Assembly (NCBI GenBank): GCA_963714015.1
Contig: OY970223.1
Span: 2,688,001 to 2,752,000 of the forward strand
Length of the DNA stretch: 64,000 bases
Direction: 5' to 3'
Origin: Vulcanimicrobiota bacterium
GTDB lineage: Bacteria > Vulcanimicrobiota > Vulcanimicrobiia > Vulcanimicrobiales > Vulcanimicrobiaceae
The translations under genes were made by a program, and so were the position numbers. The stretch's first letter is position 1, and every line of letters begins with the position of its first letter. Under the pieces are notes generated by a model. It made no database searches and was not told where the DNA came from. It saw only the letters and a list, made by a program, of their open reading frames with translations. Positions 40,744 to 52,285 of the stretch are shown piece after piece.

Positions 40744-41937
40744 TTATGCACCACTTATTCGAAGGTCACAGGCTCCACTGCCGACGCCCACGGCAAAGGC
40801 GACGAGGGTCTGAACGCCGGTTGCAAGCGCGGCCTCGTCGATCCGGAACTGGGCGCTGTGCCCGGAATGGGTCGATCCCGCCGCCTCGCTGCGAACGCCC
40901 AAACGGACTTGCACCGCGGGCACGCTCTGCGCAAAATAGGCGAAGTCCTCGGCTCCCATCGTCGGTGCCGGCCGTTCGACGCGCACGTTCGGCTGCCGCA
41001 TCATATAGCGCGCGAAATTCTCGGCGAGCATTTCGTGGTTGACGACGGGCGGATATCCATACACCACTTGCAATTCGGCACGAACGCCGTACGCCGATGC
41101 GACGCCCTCCAAAATGCGGCGGGCGCGCGGCCCCAGTTCGCTCCGAATTTGCGGATCGTGCGCGCGAAACGTGCCGCTCATTTTTACTTCGTCGGCGATT
41201 ACGTTATTGCGGTATCCGCCGTTGATCGTTCCGATCGTGACGACGACGCTCTTGAGGGGATCTGTTTCGCGCGCGGCGATGTTTTGCAACGCCAAGATCA
41301 TTGCCGCCGTCGCCGGAATGGTGTCGCCGGCCGTGTGCGGATACGCGCCATGTCCACCGCGGCCTTGCACCGTAATGTAGATCTCGTCGGCCGAAGCGTT
41401 CACCGGCCCGGGCGTAATGCCGATCTCACCGGGCGCCAAGCGAACGTCGACGTGCAGCATAGCGGTCGCCTCGACTTTGGGATCTTCGAGCACGCCTTGC
41501 GCGATCATCGGCTCCGCGCCGCCCGGGCCTTCCTCCGCCGGCTGAAAAATCAGCACGACGGACCCGTGCAAATTCTCGCGCATCGCTTGCAGTACGTGAG
41601 CTGCTCCGAGCAGCATGGCGGTATGCGCGTCGTGTCCGCAGGCGTGCATCTTTCCCGGCACTTCGGAGGAGAAAGGCTCGCCGGACTTCTCGGTAATGGG
41701 CAGCGCATCCATGTCGGCGCGCAGCGCAGTCACGCGTCCGGGTTTGGCGCCGCGGATCACGCCGGCAACGCCGGTTTTCGCTAAGCGACGATGCGTGATG
41801 CCCAAAGCGTCGAGCTCGCGCTCGATCAACGTTTGGGTGCGAGTCTCCTCGAAGCCGAGTTCGGGATGGCGGTGGATCTCGCGGCGGAGTTCCACCACCC
41901 GCTCCGTTACCTCGGCGGCCGGAACGGCTACAGTCAT
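40744..41937 (-). CDS. M20D amidohydrolase
   Basis: HRHPELGFEE, RADMDALP, MHACGHDAH, FQPAEE, AEDF. Confidence 0.92.
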   Translation of the reverse strand: MTVAVPAAEVTERVVELRREIHRHPELGFEETRTQTLIERELDALGITHRRLAKTGVAGVIRGAKPGRVTALRADMDALPITEKSGEPFSSEVPGKMHACGHDAHTAMLLGAAHVLQAMRENLHGSVVLIFQPAEEGPGGAEPMIAQGVLEDPKVEATAMLHVDVRLAPGEIGITPGPVNASADEIYITVQGRGGHGAYPHTAGDTIPATAAMILALQNIAARETDPLKSVVVTIGTINGGYRNNVIADEVKMSGTFRAHDPQIRSELGPRARRILEGVASAYGVRAELQVVYGYPPVVNHEMLAENFARYMMRQPNVRVERPAPTMGAEDFAYFAQSVPAVQVRLGVRSEAAGSTHSGHSAQFRIDEAALATGVQTLVAFAVGVGSGACDLRISGA

Positions 41938-41992
41938 GTCCGCGCAGTTGGCAGGCCGGTAAACCGGGCCCTGCGTGCGAAGGAATGACGCG

Positions 41993-42730
41993 ATGCTTCC
42001 TCCCGACGTCGCCTTGGTACAGCTCATCAACCGAACCGCGTCGGCGTTTGCCCAGAACCCGCCCGCCTATATTACGTACACCGAGCACACGCACATCAGT
42101 TCGCCGACCCTCAACCGGACGCAAGACATCGACCGTTCGGTAGAAGTGCGGCAAGCCGACAATTATGCGGTCATGCAGGATTTGCCGCGCGGTGCCGTAC
42201 GCGTCGGTCAGGCATTTCCCATCATTCCGTATTTCGATCCGCTCGGGCAGCAATTCTCGTTCAGCTGGTTTGCGAATCTGAAGAACGTGCAGATCACGCT
42301 GGAGCGTAAACCCGTCGGAGAGTGGCCGATTCCAACACCGGCTCCCAACGTCAACGTATTTTTTCCGTACGCCAGCTTCTGGGATCCGGCCTATTTCCCC
42401 GACTCTACCGATTCGGCTCCCCACCTGCGCATCACGCCCACAAAGGCGTACGGGGCCGGTTTGTACATCTCCGAAGTGCAGGTCGATTCGCAGTCGCAGC
42501 TGCCTTCGCGGATCGTGATGCGCAGCACGACCGATGCCGAACAGATGGAACTGGACTACAAGGTTCTGGAAGACCATTGGGTGATAACGCAAGCCACCTA
42601 CACCGCGCCGCAGCATTTCGGCCCGATGTCTTTCACGATCGTTACGACCACAACGTACGGCGACATCGCCTTTCCCACAACCGCGCCCGATCCGCGACTT
42701 GCCGGAACGCCCGCGCCTACGCCGACCTAA
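41993..42730 (+). CDS. Hypothetical protein
   Basis: 245-aa ORF with coding-like composition. Confidence 0.65.
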   Translation: MLPPDVALVQLINRTASAFAQNPPAYITYTEHTHISSPTLNRTQDIDRSVEVRQADNYAVMQDLPRGAVRVGQAFPIIPYFDPLGQQFSFSWFANLKNVQITLERKPVGEWPIPTPAPNVNVFFPYASFWDPAYFPDSTDSAPHLRITPTKAYGAGLYISEVQVDSQSQLPSRIVMRSTTDAEQMELDYKVLEDHWVITQATYTAPQHFGPMSFTIVTTTTYGDIAFPTTAPDPRLAGTPAPTPT

Positions 42731-42779
42731 CCCAAAAACAACCTCTGCGCACCACGCAGTGCGCTACAGCGTCGAACGG

Positions 42780-44744
42780 CTAGAAGTGGCGCGCAATGTA
42801 GTCTATCCAGTAATGATAGACGTCCATTTGGCGTACCGGATCGCTCGGGAAATGCCCGTTCACCGGCCAAACCCGCAGCGTTGCATCCTTGCCGTTGTCG
42901 CGCAGCGCGCGCCAGTACATTGAAGAGGTGGCGAACGGATCGCGGTTGTCTCCGACGTCGGAGAGAATCAGCACGGGCGTGGTGACGTCGCGCACGTACG
43001 TAATCGCGGAGTCTCGGCGCCATTCTGCCGCATTGTTACCAACGAACGGCGATCCGTGAAAGATGTCTTCGTCGGAGAGGCTGTCGTCCGCAACGCCGTA
43101 ATCCGTAACCCAGTCATTCACCGAGGCACCGGAGACTGCAGCTTTCCAAACGTGATACTTCGAGATCATCCAAGCCGTCATGATGCCGCCGTAGGACCAG
43201 CCTGAAACCGCCAGCCGCGAGGTATCGACGATGCCCCGCGCCGTGACGGCGCTCAGGGCAGCCATGATGTCCTTGCCCGGTCCCTCATCCGCATCGTCCA
43301 ATACGGCACGCTGATATGCCAGCCCTAAATTGTCGCTTCCGCGGTAGTTGGGACGTAGGACGAGCCAGCCGCGCGCAGCCAAGACCTGCCCGTAGAAGTC
43401 GAATGCATCTACCGAAGCCGACGTCGGGCCGCCGTGAATGTAAACGACCAGCGGATATTTCTTCTGCGGCGAAAATCCGGGCGGCGTAATCAGTACGGCA
43501 TCGCCGCTGATGCCCAGTGACGTCGGGAACGTCACGGTTTGCATTGACCCTAGATTCAATGCCGCAACGGCGGCATTGAAGTTTGTGAGCTTCGACACGC
43601 CCGAGGGTGCATATTCGAATCACTCCTGGGGTTGCCGGGGCGCGCTTCCGACAAAGACCAATGTTCCGTCGCGGCCGACCGCGCCGCTCATCGTCGAGCC
43701 GACCATCACATCGCCCAGATTCAGCCGCTGCAGCGCGCCTTGGAGCGGAGCCCGCACGACGGCAACGGACGTGCCGTCGTTGGATCTGAAGAGGAGGCCC
43801 GAAGAGTCGGAACTCCACGCAATATCCTGCACGGTGCGATCGAACGGCACCGAGACGGCGATGCCTTCGCCGCCCGCAGGCGTGGTGACGTAGGCTTGCG
43901 TCAGATTGACTTGATTGTCGCCGCGTGAGTAAACGTAAGCGATATGTTTGCCGTCGGCAGAGAAAAGCGGATTGCTTTCCCACGCCGTGTGTCCCGTAAG
44001 CGGCCGAATCCGCCGCGTTGCGACGTCGATCAGATCGATGCGAGAGTAGCTTTCATCGTTCAAAATGGCATTGGGAGCCGAAACGAACGCGATCGTCCGG
44101 CCGTCGGGCGACCAGGATAGCGTCGACTCCGCTTCTCCGGACGTGACGCTGCGCGGACCGAATGTCAATTGACTCGGCGAGCCGCCGTTCGCATCAATCG
44201 TGAAAAGATGAACCGGCCGCGGATCGGCGCGCGCAATTATTGGTTCGGTCGTGAAGATAAAACTGTCGCGAAAGCGATCGGCGCCTTTGCGATCCGGCTT
44301 TGGATCCGCCGCCGTATAGGCAATCGCTTTGCCGTCGGGCCGCCATGCGAATTGTTCGACCCCGTCTTTCGCATTCGTGATCGGACGCGCATCGCCGCCG
44401 TCGAACGGCATGACGAACACCTGACTGGTCGCATCGTCACCGCTGCCGTCGTCGGCGATGAAAGCGAGTCGCGTGCCGTCGGGCGAGAACGCCGGGTCGC
44501 TCAGCCCGGTGCGATTATACGTCAGAACGCGCTGCGCGCGCGTGGCGAGATCGATCAAGACCAAGTCGGAGTCTCGTTTATCCCGATCGAGCACGATCCT
44601 CGAAACGATTACGACGGCACGTTTGCCGTCGGGTGAAACGGCAGGCTGGCTCAGGCCGACCATCCGCGCGTAGTCGTCTTCGCGAATGCCGCGCGAAATA
44701 GCCGCAGGCGCTGCAACCGTCGCGGTCGTGCTTGCGAGTATCAT
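42780..44744 (-). CDS. S9-family peptidase with PD40 repeats, frameshifted near 43620
   Basis: SPDG repeats; IHGGP, NYRGS, GWSYGG. Confidence 0.9.
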
Positions 44745-44802
44745 GGCGAACGCTTCCACCTTCACGAGGAAGCCCCTCGCGCGCGCCTGAAAACGTAGAC
44801 GC

Positions 44803-45036
44803 ATGAACGACGCACAGCGCCTTGCCAAATCACTCAACACACTGACCAAGAATCCGCAATTTTCGTACACGAAGGCCCGCGCTGCGGCTCGTCAAGAGCC
44901 GGCCGTAGACTGGGACGCGACCAAGGCGCTCAATGCGGAATTCAATCCCGAGGTCGATGGCTGCGAGTCGTTCGTGATGAGAGACAAGAGTCTGTGCGAA
45001 TGGCTGCCGGGGCAGTACCGGTATGCAGCTCGCTGA
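44803..45036 (+). CDS. Small hypothetical protein
   Basis: 77-aa ORF overlapping the GNAT start. Confidence 0.5.
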   Translation: MNDAQRLAKSLNTLTKNPQFSYTKARAAARQEPAVDWDATKALNAEFNPEVDGCESFVMRDKSLCEWLPGQYRYAAR

Positions 45037-45622
45037 CGGCTACATCGATCTGCCGCCGGGTAAACTGGCCAACATTCAGACCAATCTGGAAATGCTCTCA
45101 CGACCGAAGCCGGCGCCGGTTCGGGCGGGAACGGATTCATCATGCCGGCTGACGCGGCTCGTAAAACCGGACGCGCAGCGCTATCGCGAGCTTTTCAAAC
45201 GGGTCGGGGAACCGTATTTGTGGTCTTCGCGTCTGGCCATCACCAACCAGGAGTTGCTGGACATCATCCACGACGATGCCGAAGAGGTCTACGCCGTGCA
45301 GTATGAAGGCCGGGAGTGCGGTTTGCTGGAGCTCGATTTCCGAACGCCGGATGAATGCGAGCTGACGTTCTTGGGCCTGACCGGCGACGCCGTCGGCCGC
45401 GGCATCGGCCGGTGGGTCATGAATCAGGCGATCGATCGCGCCTGGTCAAAACCAATCCGCCGCTTTTGGGTGCACACGTGCAATCTGGATCATCCAAGCG
45501 CGCTGCCGTTCTATATTCGGTCGGGATTCGTTCCGTTCAAGCGGCAGATCGAGATCATGCAGGACCCCCGGATGATCGGCCTGCTCTCCAAAGACGCAGC
45601 TCCGCACATCCCGCTTCTGTAA
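45023..45622 (+). CDS. GNAT acetyltransferase
   Basis: VGRGIGRW, WVHTCNLDHPSALPFY. Confidence 0.88.
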   Translation: MQLADGYIDLPPGKLANIQTNLEMLSRPKPAPVRAGTDSSCRLTRLVKPDAQRYRELFKRVGEPYLWSSRLAITNQELLDIIHDDAEEVYAVQYEGRECGLLELDFRTPDECELTFLGLTGDAVGRGIGRWVMNQAIDRAWSKPIRRFWVHTCNLDHPSALPFYIRSGFVPFKRQIEIMQDPRMIGLLSKDAAPHIPLL

Positions 45623-45667
45623 CCGCCGCTATTGCATCATCAATCACTTTGTGCTACAAAGTGATTG

Positions 45668-46117
45668 ATGAAAAGCGGAGCGGTACTCTCGGCGGCGCTA
45701 GCGGCATTGATTGCGGCGTACTGCTGTTGGTGCGCATTCGGGCCGGTGCGCCGCGTCGCGCTGGGACAGCCGATTCGGCATGACGATTTCGTTTTCACGG
45801 TCGAGCGCGTGACCCGCGCGGCGCAAACGAACGGCGCGGCGCGCTATACCGTGATGGTGCTCGTGCAAAATGAGGCGTTGCGCGTACCTTACGAATGGAA
45901 TGACGGCACCGCGTACGTCATCGATGCACGCGGACGGCGCTATGCGCCCGTCACTGGTGAGTCGTTCACGCTCGGGGCAGGTCAATCGCGCGTCGCACGG
46001 ATCGAATTTCGACTGCCCTCTGAAGCACGAAAGCCCGTTATGCGCTTTTGGGACGACGTCCTAATGGGCGATGCGCTCGATGGAAACGCCTATGGACGCA
46101 GTGCCGTAGCGCTCTAA
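45668..46117 (+). CDS. Secreted DUF4352-like protein
   Basis: Signal anchor; Ig-like VIDARGRRY motif. Confidence 0.55.
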   Translation: MKSGAVLSAALAALIAAYCCWCAFGPVRRVALGQPIRHDDFVFTVERVTRAAQTNGAARYTVMVLVQNEALRVPYEWNDGTAYVIDARGRRYAPVTGESFTLGAGQSRVARIEFRLPSEARKPVMRFWDDVLMGDALDGNAYGRSAVAL

Positions 46118-46133
46118 CCGCGAAAGCGCAAGC

Positions 46134-47807
46134 ATGAAGCCATCGTTTGGGACGCCCATCGTGATCGCCGCCGTGCTGCTTATCGCGGCAGTATCGCATT
46201 CGCCTCAGAGCGCCGACTCTGCCGCCGGTCCTCGTTTCGACGTGATCTTGAACGGCGGAGTGCTCTCCGAGTCCGCCGTCAACGGACGCGTATTCGTAGC
46301 GCTTTCGCGCAGCGCAACGCCCGAACCGCGCGAACTTGCAGGCGAGTTGGCGACCAGCGTGCCGTTCTTCGGCCTCGACGTGCATGATTTGCGGGCAGGC
46401 CGGACGGTGACTATCGACGCTTCGATTGCCGGTTATCCAACGCATACGCTGCTCGACGTTCCGCCCGGCGACTATTACGCACAAGCGATTTTGAGCGTCT
46501 ACACGCGTTACCCGAGATCCGACGGGCACGTGATCTGGGCGCATCAAGATCAGTGGGAGGGACAAGAGTTCGGACTCTCTCCGGGCAATCCGATCAGCAC
46601 GCCGGTACGCATTCATTTCGACCCGCGCGGCAGCACGACGTTCACGCTGCATTTGAGTCGCGTCATTCCGCCCATCGCCGAACCGCCCGATACGGCGTGG
46701 GTCAAGCACGTCAAGATCCGCAGCGCGCTGCTCACAAAGTTCTGGGGCGTTCCGCAGTATTTGGGCGCCGTCGTGCTGCTGCCGAAAGGCTACGCGCAGT
46801 CCAATGCAATCTATCCGGCGGTGTACGAACAAGGTCATTTCTCCCTTTCCGCGCCGTTCGGATTCGATCCGCAGGCGAAGGCGCCGACACCGGAACAACT
46901 GGCCCGCATCCGCAGCTACGGCTCACGGGAGAGCCGTTACGCCTTTTCGCAAGAGTGGATGAGCGGCCAAATCCCGCCGATGGTCGCAATAACGTTTCAG
47001 CATCCCACGCCATACTACGACGACTCGTACGCGGTCGATTCCGTCAACAATGGTCCGTACGGTACCGCGATCATGACCGAACTGATACCGTATCTGGAGA
47101 AGCACTTTCGGTTGATACCCTCGGGCAAAGCGCGCTTTCTGATCGGCGGATCCACCGGCGGCTGGGAAGCGCTCGCGCTGCAAATCTACCATCCGGAGGA
47201 CTTCAACGGTGCGTGGGGACTCTTTCCGGATCCCGTGGATTTCCACCGTTTTCAGATCGGCAATCTCTACCAAGACGCAAACGCATTTTACGAACCGTAT
47301 GCCGACTGGAACAATGCAGAGATCGGCGCGCAGCGCCGCGCCGACGGGCTGCAGGTCGAAACGATGCGCGGCGAGAGCCGGCTGGAATACGTGCGCGGCT
47401 CGCACGGGCTCTCGACGGAGCAGTTCAATGCCTGGGATGCTGCTTGGGGACCGATTCGATCCGACGGCTATCCGCGCGAGCTTTGGGACAAACACACGGG
47501 CGTCATCGATCGCGGCGCAGTGCTCTGGTCGCGCGACCACGGCTACGATTTGACTGCATATTTGCAAAGCAATTGGAGCCGCATCGGCCCTTCACTAAAC
47601 GGGAAACTTCACGTGGACGTCGGCGATCAGGACGACTACTATTTGAACCTGGCGGTGTACCTGATGCAAGCGGCGGTCGATCGCCTAACGCCGGCGGCAA
47701 ACGCGACGTTCAACTACGGACGCCCGCTTCGGCCGCACGGCTATCAGGCAAAGAGCAATCTGGGGTATTTGCGCGACATGTACTCCCGCTTCAAGGACGG
47801 CAGTTAA
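46134..47807 (+). CDS. Secreted esterase-like alpha/beta hydrolase
   Basis: VLLPKGY, NNGPYG, GGSTGGW. Confidence 0.75.
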   Translation: MKPSFGTPIVIAAVLLIAAVSHSPQSADSAAGPRFDVILNGGVLSESAVNGRVFVALSRSATPEPRELAGELATSVPFFGLDVHDLRAGRTVTIDASIAGYPTHTLLDVPPGDYYAQAILSVYTRYPRSDGHVIWAHQDQWEGQEFGLSPGNPISTPVRIHFDPRGSTTFTLHLSRVIPPIAEPPDTAWVKHVKIRSALLTKFWGVPQYLGAVVLLPKGYAQSNAIYPAVYEQGHFSLSAPFGFDPQAKAPTPEQLARIRSYGSRESRYAFSQEWMSGQIPPMVAITFQHPTPYYDDSYAVDSVNNGPYGTAIMTELIPYLEKHFRLIPSGKARFLIGGSTGGWEALALQIYHPEDFNGAWGLFPDPVDFHRFQIGNLYQDANAFYEPYADWNNAEIGAQRRADGLQVETMRGESRLEYVRGSHGLSTEQFNAWDAAWGPIRSDGYPRELWDKHTGVIDRGAVLWSRDHGYDLTAYLQSNWSRIGPSLNGKLHVDVGDQDDYYLNLAVYLMQAAVDRLTPAANATFNYGRPLRPHGYQAKSNLGYLRDMYSRFKDGS

Positions 47808-48511
47808 CCGCCTTCGGTGATCTTCGTCATTTTCACGCAGATCAGCGTATCCTCAGGCTTGCCGGCGAGCATGTCGATAAGGCCGGACGACACGTTCAGT
47901 TGACCCAGCGTCGGCCATTTCGTCAACCATCCGACGTAGTCGGCGAGCGGCACGCGCAGATACTGATAGCCGCCATGCGAATCGCTAAAGCGCACGGCGA
48001 GCGTGACCGGCGCAGCCCGCTGCAATTCCCGCGTCGGAAGAATCGACGCATAGTAGGAATCCGGCTCGTTGTCGACGTCAATTTGCGCCGGCAACGGGTC
48101 GGTGATCGGATCGTTGCATTTGAGCGTGTGCGCGAAGACCATCACCGTCGGCTGCACGTACGAAAATTCGAACGGCGCGGTTCCTTCGACAATGGCGGGA
48201 ACCGGCGGAGTTACCGGCGGTCCAGGCTGCAGCGAAACCGCCGCGCCGCGGTTGACACCCGGCAGGATGGAGATGAATTGCACGGCACTGCAGCCGCCGC
48301 TCGTGATCTGCGCGCGATACAGTCCGAAAGGAATGTCGAACTCCACCGGAGCCTGCTGCGTCGTGCCGCGTTCCACGGCAAACTTCTGGTCCAGCGCGGT
48401 GCGATCGAGTTTGTCGGTCAGAACGACGCGCAGCGGGACGTCACGGTTTGCGGCCTGCCGAACGACCGAACTGCAAAGTGAAACATGCATGACGATGTGC
48501 GAGAGCGGCAT
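47804..48511 (-). CDS. Hypothetical protein
   Basis: Long ORF, convergent with the hydrolase. Confidence 0.6.
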   Translation of the reverse strand: MPLSHIVMHVSLCSSVVRQAANRDVPLRVVLTDKLDRTALDQKFAVERGTTQQAPVEFDIPFGLYRAQITSGGCSAVQFISILPGVNRGAAVSLQPGPPVTPPVPAIVEGTAPFEFSYVQPTVMVFAHTLKCNDPITDPLPAQIDVDNEPDSYYASILPTRELQRAAPVTLAVRFSDSHGGYQYLRVPLADYVGWLTKWPTLGQLNVSSGLIDMLAGKPEDTLICVKMTKITEGG

Positions 48512-48602
48512 GGTACGGTAACGTTCAACATTCGCCGTTCGTGCCATGCGAATCTGAACGCAGCAACGAAAAAAGAGCCCCGCAGGGGCCCTTTTCGTAC
48601 TT

Positions 48603-48690
48603 CGGAGAGGGTGAGATTCGAACTCACGGAACGCTCATCACGTTCGCCCGCTTTCGAGGCGGGTGCCTTCAACCACTCGACCACCTCTCC
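48603..48690 (-). tRNA. tRNA-Ser(CGA)
   Basis: GGAGAGG acceptor, long variable arm, loop CTCGAAA; downstream terminator hairpin at 48570-48597. Confidence 0.95.
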
Positions 48691-48707
48691 CGAGCGACCG
48701 CTGCAGA

Positions 48708-49193
<486 letters not shown>

Positions 49194-49268
49194 TCAAAAT
49201 CGTCCGATCGTGGGCGACGTCCGATGCCGAGCGATGCTACGTTGCAGACCTTACCTTGAGGAGGAAGC

Positions 49269-50597
49269 ATGAAATTCAAATTGGTCTTTGCAACGATCGC
49301 CGCATTGCTGGTCGCCGCTTGTTCGAGCGGAACGGGCGGGGCGCCGGCGGTCGACATGGAACGCTCCGCTGCGTCGAGTTCGCGCGCGACGGGAAGTCCG
49401 CCGTTCTACAACGTGAAGCTGTTCGGGGCGTTCGGTGGGACGCAAAGCAACGCGGCCAGCATCAACGAACGCGGCTGGATCGCGGGCTCTGCCGATCAAG
49501 CCGACAATGCGACGAGTCACGCGGCCATTTGGGGCGACGGCGCGCCCAAAGACTTACAGACGCTGGGCGGACCCAGCAGCGCGATCGCTTGGCCGAATCT
49601 CGACAACTTCGGCATGGCTGCGGGAATTTCCGAAAAACTCGAGACGAATCCGTATAACGAGCCGTGGAGCTGCTGGGTCTTCTTCCCTTACGCCAATCCG
49701 TCGTATCACGAATGCGTCGGGTTCAGATGGCAAAACGACAAGATGGTGGCGCTCTCCACACTCGGCGGTCCGGACGGGTACGCCGCCGGAACGAACGACG
49801 AGGGACGGATCGTTGGTTGGGCCGAGAACACCACGCAAGATCAAACATGCGACAGCGGGCAAGTTTTGCAGTTCGAGCCGGTATATTGGGATCGAAGTGG
49901 AGTGATTCATCAATTGCCCACGCTCGAAGGCGATCCGGACGGCGCGGCGACTGCGAACAACGACAGCGGACAGATCGTCGGTATCTCCGGAACCTGCGAT
50001 CAGGCCGTGGGACGCTTTACGGCAACGCATATGGTGATCTGGAATAGCGGCGGCGCGGTTCGTCTGCTCGCGAAGCTGCAGAGCGTTTCATGGAACACGC
50101 CCACGGCAATCAATCAATCCGGACAAGTTACCGGCTTCGTAAATATTCCCGGCGGCGGCGATCCGCAGGGGCAACTGCAGCCGATTGCGTTCCTCTGGTC
50201 GCGCGGGACGCTGACTGACATCAACCCGCTCGGCACGGACGCGTATAGCCAAGGCGAGGGCATCAACGACGAGGGCGATGTCGTCGGCGTTTCCTACGGT
50301 GCGGGCTTCTCAACCGCTCGGGCATTCCTCTATCACAAAGGCAAAGCGTACGACCTGAACGGCCTGACGGCGCCCGGCTCGCCTTATCTGCTCGTCGCGA
50401 ATGCCGTCGACGACCGCGGAAACATCGTCGGACAGGCCGTCGACGCAAACGGCGATCTGCTCGCATTCGTTGCGCGTTTGCCAAGCGACATGCAACTGAA
50501 GGACGCGCAGCTCGCCTCGCGCGCAGCGGCAGTTCCCATGCGCCTTCCGCTTAGCGTGCGCTATCGGTTGCTTCGCCGATGGGGAGCCGTTCGTTAA
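49269..50597 (+). CDS. Extracellular HAF-repeat lipoprotein
   Basis: VAAC lipobox; repeated LGG..S.A..IN..G.IVG. Confidence 0.8.
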   Translation: MKFKLVFATIAALLVAACSSGTGGAPAVDMERSAASSSRATGSPPFYNVKLFGAFGGTQSNAASINERGWIAGSADQADNATSHAAIWGDGAPKDLQTLGGPSSAIAWPNLDNFGMAAGISEKLETNPYNEPWSCWVFFPYANPSYHECVGFRWQNDKMVALSTLGGPDGYAAGTNDEGRIVGWAENTTQDQTCDSGQVLQFEPVYWDRSGVIHQLPTLEGDPDGAATANNDSGQIVGISGTCDQAVGRFTATHMVIWNSGGAVRLLAKLQSVSWNTPTAINQSGQVTGFVNIPGGGDPQGQLQPIAFLWSRGTLTDINPLGTDAYSQGEGINDEGDVVGVSYGAGFSTARAFLYHKGKAYDLNGLTAPGSPYLLVANAVDDRGNIVGQAVDANGDLLAFVARLPSDMQLKDAQLASRAAAVPMRLPLSVRYRLLRRWGAVR

Positions 50598-50611
50598 CGC
50601 AAGTAACTAAA

Positions 50612-51481
50612 CTAGCGAACCTCGCGGCGCACATGCGCCGGCGTGATGCCGTGCAGCCGGCGCATGTGCCGCGAAAGATGGCTCTGATTGGAGAATCCGG
50701 ATTGCAGGGCGACCTGAACGATTGGCAGGTTCGTGCGAATCAGCAAATCGATCGCGCGCTCGACGCGCGCGCCGATCACGTATTGATGCACCGCTACGCC
50801 CATCGACTCTCTAAAGCGCACTTTGAAGTGCGAAGGACTGACCGCGGCGACCGATGCCAGTTCCGCAAGGGAGAGATCCCGCGCAACATGTTCGCGAACG
50901 TGGTCGAGAACCCGGCGCAAGCACCGTTCCGGCAATCCGGCGGCGCGACGTTCCACTTTGGGTGCATATTTCCGCAAGAGTTGCGCCGCAAGCGCGCAGC
51001 CCAAACTTTCTGCGTAGAGCCGCCCCATCGGCGCATCGCTTTGGAGTTCGGCATACAGCGCCCAGGCGACGTGCTCGATTCGTTCGTCCTTCAGATGCAA
51101 CTGGGGCGCAATGCCGGCCCGATCTGCATCGATCCCCATTTCGGCTGCCGCCTCGCGTACAAACCACGGAGCCAGGTTCAACACTAGCTTGCGGGTGGGT
51201 GCTGCGATCTCCCAAACGCGTGAATAGCCTGCCGGTATCACTTTCACGTCGCCCGGGACTTGGAGCCGGTGGATGGAGTTTCCGTCGCAGCGGCTCGTTA
51301 CGATCACCGGAGCGCCGACGTGCATACTGACGCTGTGCACCGAGAAAAAGTCGTCGGAGTAACCGTCCGTAGCGTCGTAGAGCAACGCTTCAAAGCCGCG
51401 CCAACCGCGACTGCGGCTGGACGAACGTATGGAATACGCAATTTCTCGCGCGGGCCGTTCAACCCACGCTCGCTCTTCCAT
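50612..51481 (-). CDS. AraC-family regulator
   Basis: LSLAELA...SPSHF...GFSNQSHLSR. Confidence 0.9.
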   Translation of the reverse strand: MEERAWVERPAREIAYSIRSSSRSRGWRGFEALLYDATDGYSDDFFSVHSVSMHVGAPVIVTSRCDGNSIHRLQVPGDVKVIPAGYSRVWEIAAPTRKLVLNLAPWFVREAAAEMGIDADRAGIAPQLHLKDERIEHVAWALYAELQSDAPMGRLYAESLGCALAAQLLRKYAPKVERRAAGLPERCLRRVLDHVREHVARDLSLAELASVAAVSPSHFKVRFRESMGVAVHQYVIGARVERAIDLLIRTNLPIVQVALQSGFSNQSHLSRHMRRLHGITPAHVRREVR

Positions 51482-51529
51482 ATGTGCGGCAACGCCTAAC
51501 GTGACGCGGATGTGACGGCGGAGGAGATG

Positions 51530-51603
51530 CGCGCTCGAAGGGACTTGAACCCCCAGCCTTCGCCTTCGGAGGGCGACGCTCTATCCAATTGAGCTACGAG
51601 CGC
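51530..51603 (-). tRNA. tRNA-Arg(CCG)
   Basis: Cloverleaf, loop CTCCGAA. Confidence 0.95.
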
Positions 51604-51611
51604 ACGGTGCT

Positions 51612-51848
51612 TTAGCGCTGATTCTCCTGCGGGCCGCCGGGACTGGGGATGTGTTTGAAGAGATCCAGCTTGTGGTCGACCAGTCCACGGTAGAACTTGC
51701 GCACGCAGTCGGGATGTCCGAAGAAATACGTGCGCGCATACGCCAAGTCGTCTCCCGAGCTGTCCGGTACGTAGTGCGAAATCTCAATCTCTTCCATCTG
51801 ATTTCGGTCGACGGGGTGTGGGCAGAAATCGCACGGGATGGTTGACAT
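51612..51848 (-). CDS. Small hypothetical protein (CxxC...HxxC)
   Basis: 78 aa, GAGG RBS, inside tRNA cluster. Confidence 0.6.
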   Translation of the reverse strand: MSTIPCDFCPHPVDRNQMEEIEISHYVPDSSGDDLAYARTYFFGHPDCVRKFYRGLVDHKLDLFKHIPSPGGPQENQR

Positions 51849-51906
51849 GGTAATGCTACCTCTGAAAGCGGGAGCGGCCGCCTGCCGGCGGCCGTGCCCG
51901 TTGATC

Positions 51907-51981
51907 TGGTGACTCGGGTAGGGATCGAACCTACGACCTAGGGCTTATGAGTCCCCCGCTCTACCGCTGAGTCACCGAGCC
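51907..51981 (-). tRNA. tRNA-Met/Ile2(CAT)
   Basis: Cloverleaf, loop CTCATAA, encoded CCA. Confidence 0.9.
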
Positions 51982-52004
51982 GCGCCCGCTTGGGGGAGTG
52001 AATC

Positions 52005-52078
52005 CGCGGTCGGAGGGACTCGAACCCCCAACCTACAAGTTCGTAGCCTGTTGCTCTATCCAATTGAGCTACGACCGC
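52005..52078 (-). tRNA. tRNA-Arg(ACG)
   Basis: Cloverleaf, loop CTACGAA. Confidence 0.95.
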
Positions 52079-52120
52079 GCACAGCCGCGAAGGGTACTTC
52101 GCGGTTTTATTTTTCCCCTT

Positions 52121-52283
52121 TTATAAGGCGCTGCGGCCTAGCCTCCGCGCCCCCCACGCTAAAGCGTGGGGCCCCCCTTTTCCTCATGGCGCGTGAAGAT
52201 GATCCCACACCATTGTCTCCCCGAGGGCGCCGGGGAGATTATGTTTTTTGAAGGCGCGCAGGGTAGGCCGGAGCGCCTTTTAA
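52121..52283 (-). ncRNA. Structured RNA, possibly 6S RNA
   Basis: Ends pair over ~27 bp (AAGGCGCT-CGGCCTA...TAGGCCG-AGCGCCTT); A-rich unpaired segment and internal hairpins. Confidence 0.45.
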
Positions 52284-52285
52284 AC

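Noticed and set aside
46553..48481. Long alternative-frame ORFs (also 58403-59755, 41426-42616, 37015-38112, 18105-19229)
   Set aside because: Shadow ORFs of high-GC genes with Arg-rich, motif-free translations.
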